Source: Opitutia bacterium (GTDB lineage: Bacteria > Verrucomicrobiota > Verrucomicrobiia > Opitutales > Opitutaceae). Taken from it: 64,000 bases of DNA. The notes under the pieces are model-generated. The model had not been told where the DNA came from. It worked only from the letters and a program-made list of their open reading frames with translations, and made no database searches. Shown in pieces: positions 49,694 through 59,437 of the stretch. The DNA is taken from NCBI GenBank assembly GCA_947478395.1, contig CANJVR010000007.1:1-64000 (forward strand). The letters are read 5' to 3'. The translations under genes and the position numbers were made by a program. How positions within the stretch are numbered: the first letter of the stretch is position 1; each line of letters begins with the position of its first letter.

Positions 49694-52600
49694 ACGTTGG
49701 ATGGGCGGGAGACGAGTTGGCTATGCCTTTTTTCGATGCGCCGCAGAACTCCGATCGAGCTCCCGAGCAGCACGATACCCACGGCCGAGAAGACGAGGGA
49801 AAGGGTGAAGCGGGCGGGGCGGTAAGTGAACTCGACGTGGTGGCGTCCGCTGGTGGGAATCAGGACGCCCTTGAACGCATGATTGATGCGCAAGCAGGGC
49901 ACGCGCGCGCCGTCGAGCGTCGCGATGAAATCGTGGGCGAGCCAGGCCTCACTGAGGACCGCGAGGCCGGGGCCGCTGGCTTCGATATCGAACGCGGTGG
50001 TGTTGGTCGTCAGGCGATAGTTGCGCGCGGGCGCGACGGCGCGATCGGATAAAGCCGAAGGGACATTGGCGGGAATGGCGCGATCGCCGATTTGCATCGC
50101 GGCAAACGGACGGCGGTCACCGCCTTTAACGAGTTGCGCGAAATCGGCCGGCTTTGCGTAGGTGGCCACGCGGTCGGTGAAGAAAGCACGGGGCCACGCC
50201 GTTTCGCTGCGATACACATCCAAGTCGCCGTCGAACACCGGGGTGAGCACCGATCCCTGCCGGCCATGATCGCTTTTATAATCGAGATAGTGGCGGACGT
50301 TCAGAAAATCGTAGACCGGCCGGAGAGCGGCAAAGGTGGGAAATTCAACGTAGATCCGCCAATCCCAGATCCGGTTGAGCCCGCACGCATCGAGGAGTTC
50401 GCGGTACTTCGGATTCATGAGTGCGTCGGGTCCGCAGATGCCTTCGAGGTGGTACACGTCGTTCCAACCGGGGAACAGGTTGCCATGAAAACCCGCGGCG
50501 CGTCCTGGCTCGCCTTTCTGATCCGCCTGCAACGCCGCGATCGCCGGCGACTTCGCCTGAAAGTCTGCTCGCAACATCGGGGTTACGACTCGTCCTCCGA
50601 AGCCCATGGACCGGTGCCAGCCGTGACGCCACAACATCACGATCATACACGTCACAGCGACCAGAATGACGGCTGTGGTCGGTCCCCGCGTTGCGATGCG
50701 TCGCATCGCGAGTGCAAAACCGATCAGTGCCAGCAGCAAAACGATCAGGCTGACCCAGACAAACGCGCTATAGGGCAGCGTCTCGCCCCAGTGGAGATAG
50801 GAATACGAACTGCGTTGGACAACCTGGGTGAACGCGATGTAGGGGAAAACCAGAGCGAACAGCAGGAGTCCGCCGGTCGCGAGATCGCCCCGGCTTTCGG
50901 GTTGGCCGAGGCGGGGGGCGGCGGTCGCAAAACCCACGCCCGCGAGTACGGCGAGGATGAGCACGAGGCCGCAGCCGAAGGAATTGTCGAGGTGGGCGAC
51001 GTTCCTGAGAAAGGGAATTTGCACAATCCACTGCGGCGGAATTAGCCCGAAAACCATTGCGAGCGGCAGCAGTGCCGCCAGCGCAAGCCCGCGGATGAGC
51101 CGCGGTGCGGTCGCGGTGCGGAGCTGCACCAAAAATGCCAGCACGCCTCCGAGTAGGAAAAAATTAAGCGACGGGTTGTAAACGCGTTCTCCTTCCCAAA
51201 ACGGCCGGAGCAAAATTTCGTCGAAGAAGCCGAGGGCCAGGCTGGGTTGCAGCTGGTACGCGGTCGGCGCGTTGTAGCTCGTGTAGGATTGCGTGAGCGC
51301 GTCGAGAAACGTCAGCCAAACCGGAGCGGCAAGCAGCACCATGATCAGACCGGCCCACGCCGTCAGGCCGAAGCGCACCAGCCGTTCGTGCACCGGCAGC
51401 GGAGCGAACAGCAACATGACGGCTCCCGCAAAATTGAGCGTGAGGAGCAGCATGTAGGCCTCCTTCGCCGTGCCGCTGTTCAGCATCGTCCAATTCACCA
51501 GCAATAATGCGCCAGCGGCCCAAGCCGCGCCCGTCCATCGCTGGGCCGTGGCGATCCGCAGCCAGCAATAGAGCATCCACGGCGCGTAGCAGAAACTGAA
51601 GAAAGCCGGATGATTTACGCGGAAGGGAAAAAATCCGACGAAGTCCGCGGCGAACGCGACGAGCAGCGCCGCCGGCAGCGAGCGCGTGAGGGTGAGCACG
51701 CACAGCCCGAGTCCGCAGGCCAGCAGCCATTTCGCGGTGAGATATTTCAAATCCCAGGCCCAAGCTGCGCCATTGGCCAGAATTACAAAACAATGAAGCG
51801 GATCGCCGAACATCGACTGGCCCTGACCCAGCAGCGGGGTACCGGCGGAATTGTAGCGATTCCACAGCGGCAGCTCGCCATCACGCAGGACCGCGTCGTG
51901 TTCCAGCATCGAGAGCGGAATATGCGCCCACATGATCGCCCCGATATCGGCCCCTTTGACGTCGCTGGTTTCGTTACCCTGATAGCCCGGTAGCGTCGGG
52001 TAGTCTTCGTAAAGTAAAATGGTGCCGATGTTGGGTGAGACGATGCTCTTGCCCATGAACACAACCGGATAACTACTGATCACCACGGCAGCGACCGCGC
52101 CGAGCATGATCGCCCGCACAGGGCGCAAGGTCAGCCACGCCCAAACGGCGGCCCTGCGCGAACGTTGTGATCGAGCCCACCATACCAGGCCCAAAACCAG
52201 CAAAAAAACAGGGCCGCCGCGCATCGCGGCCGCGCGGAGATTTTCCGCGAGGCCAATTGAAAGCGTGAACGGAGCGTCGAGCCGGATTTGCAGGTTGGGA
52301 TCATTGGCGTCGGGCTGGGTCACGATTTCCAGTTTTTCTCCGGCGATGCTCAGCCGCGTGATTTGATTTTCTGCGATGAAATCAACCGGAGCGAAACGGC
52401 GGACGATGTGTCCGTCCGGCGCGCGGATGACGGCATCGGAAAACGTGAACGTGGTTTCGCGATTGAGAGGATCGAAACGCAGGGCTTTAAACGTGCCCAA
52501 GGGGAGCGCCAATCTCAGACGGGTGGGCGTACCGGCCACCACCGCGGCGGTGGCGGAATCGCCTTCGTTTAGTCCGTGGCCGACGTCGTAGTAGATCTGG

Positions 52601-52743
52601 GCCGTACCCGCGGCCGACGATTGGACCGTGAGTTCAAAATGGAACTGCTCAACTTTCCAGCCGGCAAAGGGCAGGAAAGGGATGGTCGTCAGCGCGCTGA
52701 GAAGCGCGGCAGCGAGGAGGGTGGGCAGCGAAAAAAACTTCAT
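49690..52743 (-). CDS. YfhO-like GT-C membrane protein with extra N-terminal soluble domain
   Basis: GELPLWNRYNSAGTPLLG, many TM helices, C-terminal AWPRAF..INHAFKGVLIPTSGRHHVEFTYRP. Confidence 0.85.
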   Translation of the reverse strand: MKFFSLPTLLAAALLSALTTIPFLPFAGWKVEQFHFELTVQSSAAGTAQIYYDVGHGLNEGDSATAAVVAGTPTRLRLALPLGTFKALRFDPLNRETTFTFSDAVIRAPDGHIVRRFAPVDFIAENQITRLSIAGEKLEIVTQPDANDPNLQIRLDAPFTLSIGLAENLRAAAMRGGPVFLLVLGLVWWARSQRSRRAAVWAWLTLRPVRAIMLGAVAAVVISSYPVVFMGKSIVSPNIGTILLYEDYPTLPGYQGNETSDVKGADIGAIMWAHIPLSMLEHDAVLRDGELPLWNRYNSAGTPLLGQGQSMFGDPLHCFVILANGAAWAWDLKYLTAKWLLACGLGLCVLTLTRSLPAALLVAFAADFVGFFPFRVNHPAFFSFCYAPWMLYCWLRIATAQRWTGAAWAAGALLLVNWTMLNSGTAKEAYMLLLTLNFAGAVMLLFAPLPVHERLVRFGLTAWAGLIMVLLAAPVWLTFLDALTQSYTSYNAPTAYQLQPSLALGFFDEILLRPFWEGERVYNPSLNFFLLGGVLAFLVQLRTATAPRLIRGLALAALLPLAMVFGLIPPQWIVQIPFLRNVAHLDNSFGCGLVLILAVLAGVGFATAAPRLGQPESRGDLATGGLLLFALVFPYIAFTQVVQRSSYSYLHWGETLPYSAFVWVSLIVLLLALIGFALAMRRIATRGPTTAVILVAVTCMIVMLWRHGWHRSMGFGGRVVTPMLRADFQAKSPAIAALQADQKGEPGRAAGFHGNLFPGWNDVYHLEGICGPDALMNPKYRELLDACGLNRIWDWRIYVEFPTFAALRPVYDFLNVRHYLDYKSDHGRQGSVLTPVFDGDLDVYRSETAWPRAFFTDRVATYAKPADFAQLVKGGDRRPFAAMQIGDRAIPANVPSALSDRAVAPARNYRLTTNTTAFDIEASGPGLAVLSEAWLAHDFIATLDGARVPCLRINHAFKGVLIPTSGRHHVEFTYRPARFTLSLVFSAVGIVLLGSSIGVLRRIEKRHSQLVSRPSNV

Positions 52744-52898
52744 GCGCGACCCGCAGTCTCGGAGAGGCGGTAGCTGCCTGACAAGGGATTATCTACTTTC
52801 TGCGAAGTCGCGCGGGCCCGCGAAACGGAACGACCGTGGTAAAGCCCGCGGCGTGCGAGCCTCGGACAGCAGCTCGCACCTCACGGAATCGCAGCCAC

Positions 52899-52929
52899 AA
52901 AAAAGGCCGCCCCGAAGGGCGGCCTTTTG
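52899..52929. terminator. Bidirectional intrinsic terminator
   Basis: AAAAGGCCGCCC-CGAA-GGGCGGCCTTTT. Confidence 0.9.
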
Positions 52930-52968
52930 TACCAATTTTAGAACCCGAGGGGCTCTAATGCGATTCGC

Positions 52969-55428
52969 TTAGAATTTGTAGCTGATCGTGAGCTCGGCGT
53001 GGAATGGCAGTTCGGCGTTGATCGAGCCATCACCGTAACCGGGATTAGGCGCCGACCAGTTTTTCTGGTCGGTGACGTTCATGAGCGAGAGCCGGGCGTC
53101 CCACTTGCCCAACCGGTAGGCGAGCGTCACATCCGTCGTGTACTGCCACGGAATCTTGTTGGCCGAGAGCACGACGGGCGTGCCGAAACCCGAGATGCCG
53201 TTGCCCACCTGGCTGGTGACGATCTCGCCGGTGAAAACGGTGCCGATCGAGGCGGAAAATTCCGGCGTGAATTTATAATTCACGAGGAAATTCAGCAGGT
53301 TCCGCGGCATGCCCGGCTGCTGGAATTCAGCGCTGATGGACGGAAAGTCCGGGGTCACCGGCACGCTCGAACCGATGCGCTTGTCGTACACGATCGAATC
53401 CGCGAGGAAGCCAGTGTAGCGCTGCTTCGAGTCGAAGAAGCTATAAGACACGGTGGCGAACAGCTTTTTGTTCGGTTGATAGTTGGCCTCGATTTCGAAC
53501 CCCTTGGATTTGATCGTGCGGTGTTTGCCATCGAGGGTGTTCCACGTCTGCTCCTGATCGTAAACGGCCGTGCCCACGAAGATTTTGCCGCCGGCGAGCG
53601 AGGATTTCAGACCGACTTCGTTCAGGTAGTTTTTCTTTTGGAACTGGAATTTGTAGAAATGCCGGGCATCGCCGCCGTAGCTCGAGTCGAGAAACGCGTA
53701 GCCGCCGCCGAGGGCGCCTTCCGCCGAGGTGGCAAAAGAGTAGGTGTAGTACGCGCTGACCTGGTCGGTGATTTTGTACACGGCGCTGGCATTGTAGCTG
53801 GGCAGCCAGACGGCGATCTCATCACTGACGGCGGTGAAGCCGGGAGGCGGCACAGGGTCGGTGTTCTTCACCTTCATGTAGTCATCGCGCGCGCCAGCCA
53901 GCAGGCTGAAGCTTTTGCTGAAGACGAAGTCATGCTGATAAAACGGCCCGAATTGCGACAGCTTTGAATCGTTGCTGCTGCCACCCCCGTTGTACTGGGT
54001 GAAAACGCCGCCGGGGAAAACCACCGGATAGTTGGCGCCAGGGGTTGCATAAACGCCCGGCAGCACGCCACGCGGACCGAAACCGGGCACCAGCACGGAG
54101 GCGTTGTAACCGCCGAAAGACGCGGCGGGCACGCGGTTCAAATTACCGTCGCGGGTGATATCCCAGGAGTTGATCGGCTCGTGATAAAAATCGTCCGCGG
54201 CCCACACCGATTGGTAGCGCGCGGAAAAACCGGCGGCAAAATTACCGGTGACGCCGCCAACGTCGATCTTATCGACGTACTGCAGGCGGTTTTCGAGGCC
54301 GTAGTTGTCCTTGTGTACGGACGCGTAGTAGTAGGATGAAAACGTGTCGCGGTTGATGTAGTTGAAGAACGTGTTGTTCACGATCTTCGCGTCGCCGCCG
54401 AGGGCGAACGTCTGGATCGCCTGCGCGGTGTAGTTGACGCCGTAGCTGTCATCGCCGGGCGACAAAAGGCGTTTGCGGCGGTCGAGTTTCACCGGCGTGC
54501 CGTAAGCCTGCACGGGGTTGAAGGCGCCGCCGACGGTCCGGGCGTACGTCGCATATTGGGCGTTGGTTTGCGCGTCGGGGATGTAGTAGCCGGTGTCGAT
54601 CAGCTGCTGCGTGACGCGGTTGATGCCCCAGTTCTCGGTGAAATCGGCCACGTAGAATTCACTGTTCAGCTCGAGCGTGTAATTCTGGCTCGGATGCCAC
54701 TCGATCGCTCCATAGATCGCCTGGGTCTTTTTTTTGCCGCCGTAGTAATAGCTACCGGAATCTTCGCCCGAATAGCTCACGCGATAGGCGAGTTGCTGGG
54801 AAACGGGGCCGCCGAGATCGACGGTCCAGCGGCGTTGATCGAACATTCCGACCGTGCCGGCGACAGAGCCTTTGAATTTATCGAAGTAGGGCTTTTTCGT
54901 GATGAAGTCCGCGTAGCCGCCCGTGTAGCTGGTCGCTCCGTAGATCACGCTGGCGGTGCCCTTGACGATGTTGGCCGACTCCACGGAATTAAAATTCACC
55001 GGCATGCCGTTGCCGTTGACGGTGAGGCCGCGGCGCATGCCGTTGATGAGCACGTCGGCGGTTTGCCCGCGGATCGACGGATTCGAAGGCAGACCGAAAT
55101 TGGTCTGGGTGTAGCTCGAAGCCGTGAGCTTGGAGAAGTCGCGCGTCTCCTGAATGCCGATGACATTCATTTGTTCGCGCGAGATGATCGTCACGTTACG
55201 GGGCGTATCGAGAATGCTCAGCTCGGTTCCGAAGACCGAATTGAACGGCCGCGACGTCGGCAGAATCTGCTGCTCGATCGGAACGGAGTTCACTTCGAAC
55301 TTCTCCATTTTTACGGTTTCATCCGCGGTGGCGGGGGCGTTTTGGGCGCCCACAAGGGGAGCAAACATGGCGGCGGTGAGCGCCGCACATAGTGCGCGAA
55401 GAGATGTTTGGTTGGTGGTTAGGTTCAT
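52969..55428 (-). CDS. TonB-dependent receptor
   Basis: Signal peptide; DTPRNVTIISRE, SIRGQ, VESANIVKG plug motifs; C-terminal LTISYKF. Confidence 0.92.
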   Translation of the reverse strand: MNLTTNQTSLRALCAALTAAMFAPLVGAQNAPATADETVKMEKFEVNSVPIEQQILPTSRPFNSVFGTELSILDTPRNVTIISREQMNVIGIQETRDFSKLTASSYTQTNFGLPSNPSIRGQTADVLINGMRRGLTVNGNGMPVNFNSVESANIVKGTASVIYGATSYTGGYADFITKKPYFDKFKGSVAGTVGMFDQRRWTVDLGGPVSQQLAYRVSYSGEDSGSYYYGGKKKTQAIYGAIEWHPSQNYTLELNSEFYVADFTENWGINRVTQQLIDTGYYIPDAQTNAQYATYARTVGGAFNPVQAYGTPVKLDRRKRLLSPGDDSYGVNYTAQAIQTFALGGDAKIVNNTFFNYINRDTFSSYYYASVHKDNYGLENRLQYVDKIDVGGVTGNFAAGFSARYQSVWAADDFYHEPINSWDITRDGNLNRVPAASFGGYNASVLVPGFGPRGVLPGVYATPGANYPVVFPGGVFTQYNGGGSSNDSKLSQFGPFYQHDFVFSKSFSLLAGARDDYMKVKNTDPVPPPGFTAVSDEIAVWLPSYNASAVYKITDQVSAYYTYSFATSAEGALGGGYAFLDSSYGGDARHFYKFQFQKKNYLNEVGLKSSLAGGKIFVGTAVYDQEQTWNTLDGKHRTIKSKGFEIEANYQPNKKLFATVSYSFFDSKQRYTGFLADSIVYDKRIGSSVPVTPDFPSISAEFQQPGMPRNLLNFLVNYKFTPEFSASIGTVFTGEIVTSQVGNGISGFGTPVVLSANKIPWQYTTDVTLAYRLGKWDARLSLMNVTDQKNWSAPNPGYGDGSINAELPFHAELTISYKF

Positions 55429-55447
55429 GCTTTGTCAGGACGTCATG

Positions 55448-55463
55448 AGCACGGCATGTGCCA
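55448..55463 (-). promoter_or_regulatory. Candidate sigma-54 promoter
   Basis: Minus strand TGGCAC-ATGCC-GTGCT (GG-N10-GC), ~20 bp upstream of the receptor ATG. Confidence 0.5.
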
Positions 55464-55560
55464 CCGTCGGACTCCATATAAAAAGAGAAACCCTGAAAAT
55501 TCAGCGGCGGGTCGTCGTCCGCGGCCGGAAAGGCCAAGAGCCAAACCGTAAACGCTCTTT

Positions 55561-56115
55561 TCAGTCGCACCGGCTCAAAATTGCGTCGGCCGCCGCCGTG
55601 AAGTCCCGCACCGAAATATCCGGCGCGGCGCGCAGCTCTTCCGCGTAGCCGAAATCGATGAAAACCGTGCGCACGCCCGCTCGCTGACCGCAGTCGATGT
55701 CCCGCCAGCGATCTCCGATCATCCACGAACGTCCGAGGTCGAGACCCAGGCGGCGAGCCGCGTCGAGCAACATGCCCGCCTCGGGCTTGCGCCGATAGTC
55801 GTCAGGGTGGGCGATCCCCTGGCCGGGCGCATAGCAGACTTCGATTTGCGCGATCGTGGGGACAAGTTCGCGCAACCGGTCATGCATGGCCTCGACAACA
55901 GATTGGTCCTGATCGCCGCGACCGACGTCGGGCTGATTGGTCGCCACGATCAGTACATAGCCGGCCGCGGCGAGGCGGGCGCATGCCTCGGGCACGCCGG
56001 GGAACAGTTTGAACTCAGCGAGCGTTTGCGGCGGATAAGGTTTGCCGTCGCGGATGACCTGAACGTTCAACGTCCCGTCGCGATCGAGGAAGACAGCGGG
56101 GCGGAGGGTAGGCAT
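55561..56115 (-). CDS. gmhB: D-glycero-D-manno-heptose bisphosphate phosphatase (HAD IIIA)
   Basis: AVFLDRDGTLN, ATNQPD, RRKPEAGM, WMIGDRWRD. Confidence 0.85.
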   Translation of the reverse strand: MPTLRPAVFLDRDGTLNVQVIRDGKPYPPQTLAEFKLFPGVPEACARLAAAGYVLIVATNQPDVGRGDQDQSVVEAMHDRLRELVPTIAQIEVCYAPGQGIAHPDDYRRKPEAGMLLDAARRLGLDLGRSWMIGDRWRDIDCGQRAGVRTVFIDFGYAEELRAAPDISVRDFTAAADAILSRCD

Positions 56116-56154
56116 ATGACTCCTGACTGCGACTGATGCCTGGCGTGGGCGGAT

Positions 56155-56183
56155 AAAAAAAGGGCCGGTCGCAGACCGGCCCT
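56155..56183 (-). terminator. Intrinsic terminator between gmhA and gmhB
   Basis: Minus strand AGGGCCGGTC-TGC-GACCGGCCCT followed by a U run. Confidence 0.75.
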
Positions 56184-56195
56184 GCGGAAGGAGCG

Positions 56196-56801
56196 TCAGG
56201 GTTTCCCGACAACGCTTTCCCACTTCGTCTGATTCACCTTGATGTCCGGATGCGAAACCCAGAGGTGCCAGATCACGGCCTGAAACGCTTCGCTGTGGGG
56301 CGTGATGTTATTCGCGTTGACGGTTGGGACGATCACGCACGCGTCAGCCTGGGTGGCGGTGTACCCGCCGTCCTTGCCCACGATGCCGATGACGCGGGCG
56401 CCGACCTGTTTCGCCAGCTGGATCGCGGAGATAAAACCGGGTGACACATTTTTCTCCAAGTTGCCGCCGCCGACGGAAAGAATCAGGATCGCGTCCTTGC
56501 TGTTCAGCCGGGAGCCGCGGAGCCACTCGACGAACACGCTGGCCCAGCCGTCGTCGTTAGTGCGGGCGGTGAGTTCCGAGACGTTGTCGGTCGGAGCGTA
56601 AACTTCGAGGCCGGCGATTTTGCGAAAATCGTTCACGGCGTGGGAGGCGTTGGCCGCGCTGCCGCCGACACCCAAGATGAAAAGTCGTCCACCGCGAGTG
56701 CGAACGCCGACGAGCTCGCGCACGCATTTTTCGCAATCCTCGGGGTTGATTTTTGCAACGATCTCGGCGGTTTCCTTGAGGTGTTGGATGGAGTAGGACA
56801 T
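56196..56801 (-). CDS. gmhA: Sedoheptulose-7-phosphate isomerase (SIS domain)
   Basis: GVGGSAANASHAVND, LTARTND, HSEAFQ; context with kinase and phosphatase. Confidence 0.8.
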   Translation of the reverse strand: MSYSIQHLKETAEIVAKINPEDCEKCVRELVGVRTRGGRLFILGVGGSAANASHAVNDFRKIAGLEVYAPTDNVSELTARTNDDGWASVFVEWLRGSRLNSKDAILILSVGGGNLEKNVSPGFISAIQLAKQVGARVIGIVGKDGGYTATQADACVIVPTVNANNITPHSEAFQAVIWHLWVSHPDIKVNQTKWESVVGKP

Positions 56802-57168
56802 GAGAAAATTTCTGCGAGGGTGCGGCGTGAAGCGCGGATATTTGGTTTCAAGCCCGCGTTGACAATCCCATTCCTACCTCAACGCGGAACCGACCTGACC
56901 CGGCGGGCGGGAATTTTTTCGATGACGTGGCTGCAACCGCAGATCGTGTTTCTCGCCGTCCCTGAAAATACGCGCACGGCCGATGGGGCTGGCGATCGGT
57001 TCGGGCTGGTTGCCTGCGTAGTCTATCTCGCTTTTGCGTTGCTGGTGCCACGTGCCGGCGATGAGCCGCCGCCAACGATCAAAGGTTTTACCATCGGGAA
57101 AATCCGACTAACGACTCCCGCTCGATTTTTCGTTTCGTTTCGAAGTCACGACCGAAGTCGCGGTGGCT

Positions 57169-57879
57169 TTAGTTTGGCGCGGCGCGCAGAAGGGCGTCGA
57201 GTTCCTTGAGGCCTTCATGCGAACCGATTTCGTAGAAGCGCTCCGGGATTTCGTAGCCGGCCAGTTGGCGGCGGGCGACGAGCGCGCTTTGCACGGCAGC
57301 GAGGTCCACGACCGCATCGCGGGGAAAGCCATCGAACGCCGCGGCGCGAAAAACGCCAAGGCCGTAGTCGATGTGATGCATGGCCGGCGTCTTGTTTTTC
57401 TTGTCGTAAACTTTGATTTCTCCTTCGGCGAATTCGACGTTGCTGACGTCGTAGCGCTCGTGATTTTCGAATACCGTCATCAACCCGAGGTGACCGGAGC
57501 GCGCGAAGTGATCGCCGACCGCGAGGTAGTCGATGGGCAGGTAGCTATCGCCGTAGAGCACGTAAAACGCGTCGCCGAGTTTGGGCAGGGCCTGAATGAG
57601 CGCGCCGCCGGTGCCGAGCAGTTTTGGGCCGTCGAACGAATACTCGATCTGAATGCCCCACTGGGAACCGTCGCCGTACAGCTCGACGATTTTTTCCCCG
57701 AGATAGCCGACACACAGTACGATTTTCGTGAGCCCCGCTTTTTTCAGCAGGCGAATCTGGTGCGAGAAAAACGGTTCACCCGCGACTTCGATGAGCAGTT
57801 TGGGGACTTTCTCCGTGATCGGACGCAGCCGGGTGGCGAGGCCGCCGGCGAGAAGAGCCACTGGAAAATTGGAAGACAT
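57169..57879 (-). CDS. Sugar-phosphate nucleotidyltransferase (HddC-like)
   Basis: LLAGGLATRLRP, PKLL, LGTGGAL, LYGDSY. Confidence 0.85.
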   Translation of the reverse strand: MSSNFPVALLAGGLATRLRPITEKVPKLLIEVAGEPFFSHQIRLLKKAGLTKIVLCVGYLGEKIVELYGDGSQWGIQIEYSFDGPKLLGTGGALIQALPKLGDAFYVLYGDSYLPIDYLAVGDHFARSGHLGLMTVFENHERYDVSNVEFAEGEIKVYDKKNKTPAMHHIDYGLGVFRAAAFDGFPRDAVVDLAAVQSALVARRQLAGYEIPERFYEIGSHEGLKELDALLRAAPN

Positions 57880-57948
57880 GGGAAAGTGGGAAGTGGACGT
57901 GAAAGCGGGAAGAGCTGAGCGGCCTTTGGCTAAACGGGCGTTAATGGG

Positions 57949-58037
57949 GTAGGGCGCGTTATCCTTAACGCGCCGGTTCGGCGTCGCTCTTTCGGTGAGC
58001 CGAGTCGCAGCGGCGGGTTAGGGATAACCCGCCCTAC
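57949..58037. repeat. REP doublet (GTAG-type, second family)
   Basis: GTAGGGCGCGTTATCCTTAACGCGCC...GGCGGGTTAGGGATAACCCGCCCTAC. Confidence 0.85.
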
Positions 58038-58073
58038 CTTCAGAACGACCCTTTTCGCCGCCCTCCTGGATTT

Positions 58074-59057
58074 TCAGTCCTGCGTCACCACCTTGCTCCC
58101 TTCGAAATCGAAACGGAAGCGCACCTCGGTGAGACCCTTTTCGCGCATCGCGTGGCGAAGTTTCTTTTTGTCGCCGGCGTAGAACATCAGGAAGCCGCCG
58201 CCGCCCGCGCCGATGAGCTTGCCGCCGAGCGCGCCGTTTTGCATCGCGTGATCGTACCAATCGTTGATCACCGCGTTGCTCATGCCGGCGCTGCGCGCTT
58301 TTTTGCGCTGCCAGTGCACATCCATCAGCCGCGCGAACTCCTCAAGATTGCCGCCCTCCAGGCACTCGAGCGATTTGTAGCCGAGCTCCTTCGTGAAATG
58401 CAAATTGTCGAGCATAGCCTGGTCGTTGCTCTTCGATTTGTCGTTTTGGTCCTTCAAGATCGCCGAGGCGCTGCGCGAGTAGCCGGTGAAAAAGAGCAGC
58501 AGGTTGTCCTCGAGGTTGAAGAGCGTCTCCTCGGAGATTTTGCACGGCCGGTATTCGACGCGGCCATCCTTGTGAAACGTGAACGCCGTAATGCCGCCCA
58601 CCGCCGCGATATACTGGTCCTGTTTGCCGATGGGCTCGCCGAGTTTGTTGATCTCGATGTCGCACGCCTGCTCCGCGAGATCGGCCGGGTGGATGATGTT
58701 CTTTTTATAGGTGTGAAGCGCCTTGAGCAGTGCGGTGGTAAAACTCCCGGATGAACCCAGTCCGGTCCCGCCCGGAATGTCCGCCATCGAGGTGAGTTCT
58801 AGGTTCGGTGCGCCCACACCCACGAATTTCATCGCTTCGCGAATGATCGGGTGCTCGAGCTGGTCGACCGATGCGACGCGTTCGAGTTTCGAGTACTTCA
58901 CGATCAGTTCGTTGACGAATGTGCGGTGCAACGTGAGGTAAACATATTTATCGATCGCCGCCGCGACGAGAAAGCCGCCGTGCTCGCGATAATAGGAGGG
59001 GAGGTCGGTGCCGCCGCCGCCGAGGGAAATGCGAAGAGGAGAACGCGTGATGATCAT
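58074..59057 (-). CDS. hddA: GHMP kinase, D-glycero-alpha-D-manno-heptose-7-phosphate kinase-like
   Basis: RSPLRISLGGGGTD, PGGTGLGSSG, GKQDQY, GKLIGAGGGGF. Confidence 0.85.
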   Translation of the reverse strand: MIITRSPLRISLGGGGTDLPSYYREHGGFLVAAAIDKYVYLTLHRTFVNELIVKYSKLERVASVDQLEHPIIREAMKFVGVGAPNLELTSMADIPGGTGLGSSGSFTTALLKALHTYKKNIIHPADLAEQACDIEINKLGEPIGKQDQYIAAVGGITAFTFHKDGRVEYRPCKISEETLFNLEDNLLLFFTGYSRSASAILKDQNDKSKSNDQAMLDNLHFTKELGYKSLECLEGGNLEEFARLMDVHWQRKKARSAGMSNAVINDWYDHAMQNGALGGKLIGAGGGGFLMFYAGDKKKLRHAMREKGLTEVRFRFDFEGSKVVTQD

Positions 59058-59072
59058 GCGAGGGATTTAAAG

Positions 59073-59405
59073 TTATGTGGAGTGCACGGGGTTGGCGCGA
59101 CGGGCAAGCCAGCTTTGTATGAACATCCACGCGGCCCAACCCGCTACGGCGATCCAGCTGAAGGCGCTGACCCAAAACGCGGCCCGCACGAGTGGCGGTC
59201 CCACGTAGTCGAGTCGCACCTCGTTCCGTCCGGAATCCAGCGGCAACATCGCGAGGTGCCCCGGCGACTCGGTGACCGGCGCCGAAAGGGTGGCACCAGT
59301 ACCGAGCGGAATTTTCGGCCAGACGTGGCCGACGAAAATCAAAACGACCAGCACCACCGCCAGATCGATCAGCCGCTGGCGCCAGTGCGGACTACGACTT
59401 AGCAT
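59073..59405 (-). pseudogene. Short ORF resembling an internally deleted YfhO-like membrane gene
   Basis: N-terminal TM segment joined directly to ..LPLDSGRNEVRLDYVGPPLVRAAFWVS+TM, similar to YfhO C-termini. Confidence 0.5.
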
Positions 59406-59437
59406 GACGGGATCGACGTAGGTTGGCGTCTCACGCC

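Noticed and set aside
55433..55480. Fluoride (crcB) riboswitch-like words ATGGAGT...GCTCATGAC
   Set aside because: The P1 stem cannot form and the downstream gene is not fluoride-related; a sigma-54 motif explains the site better
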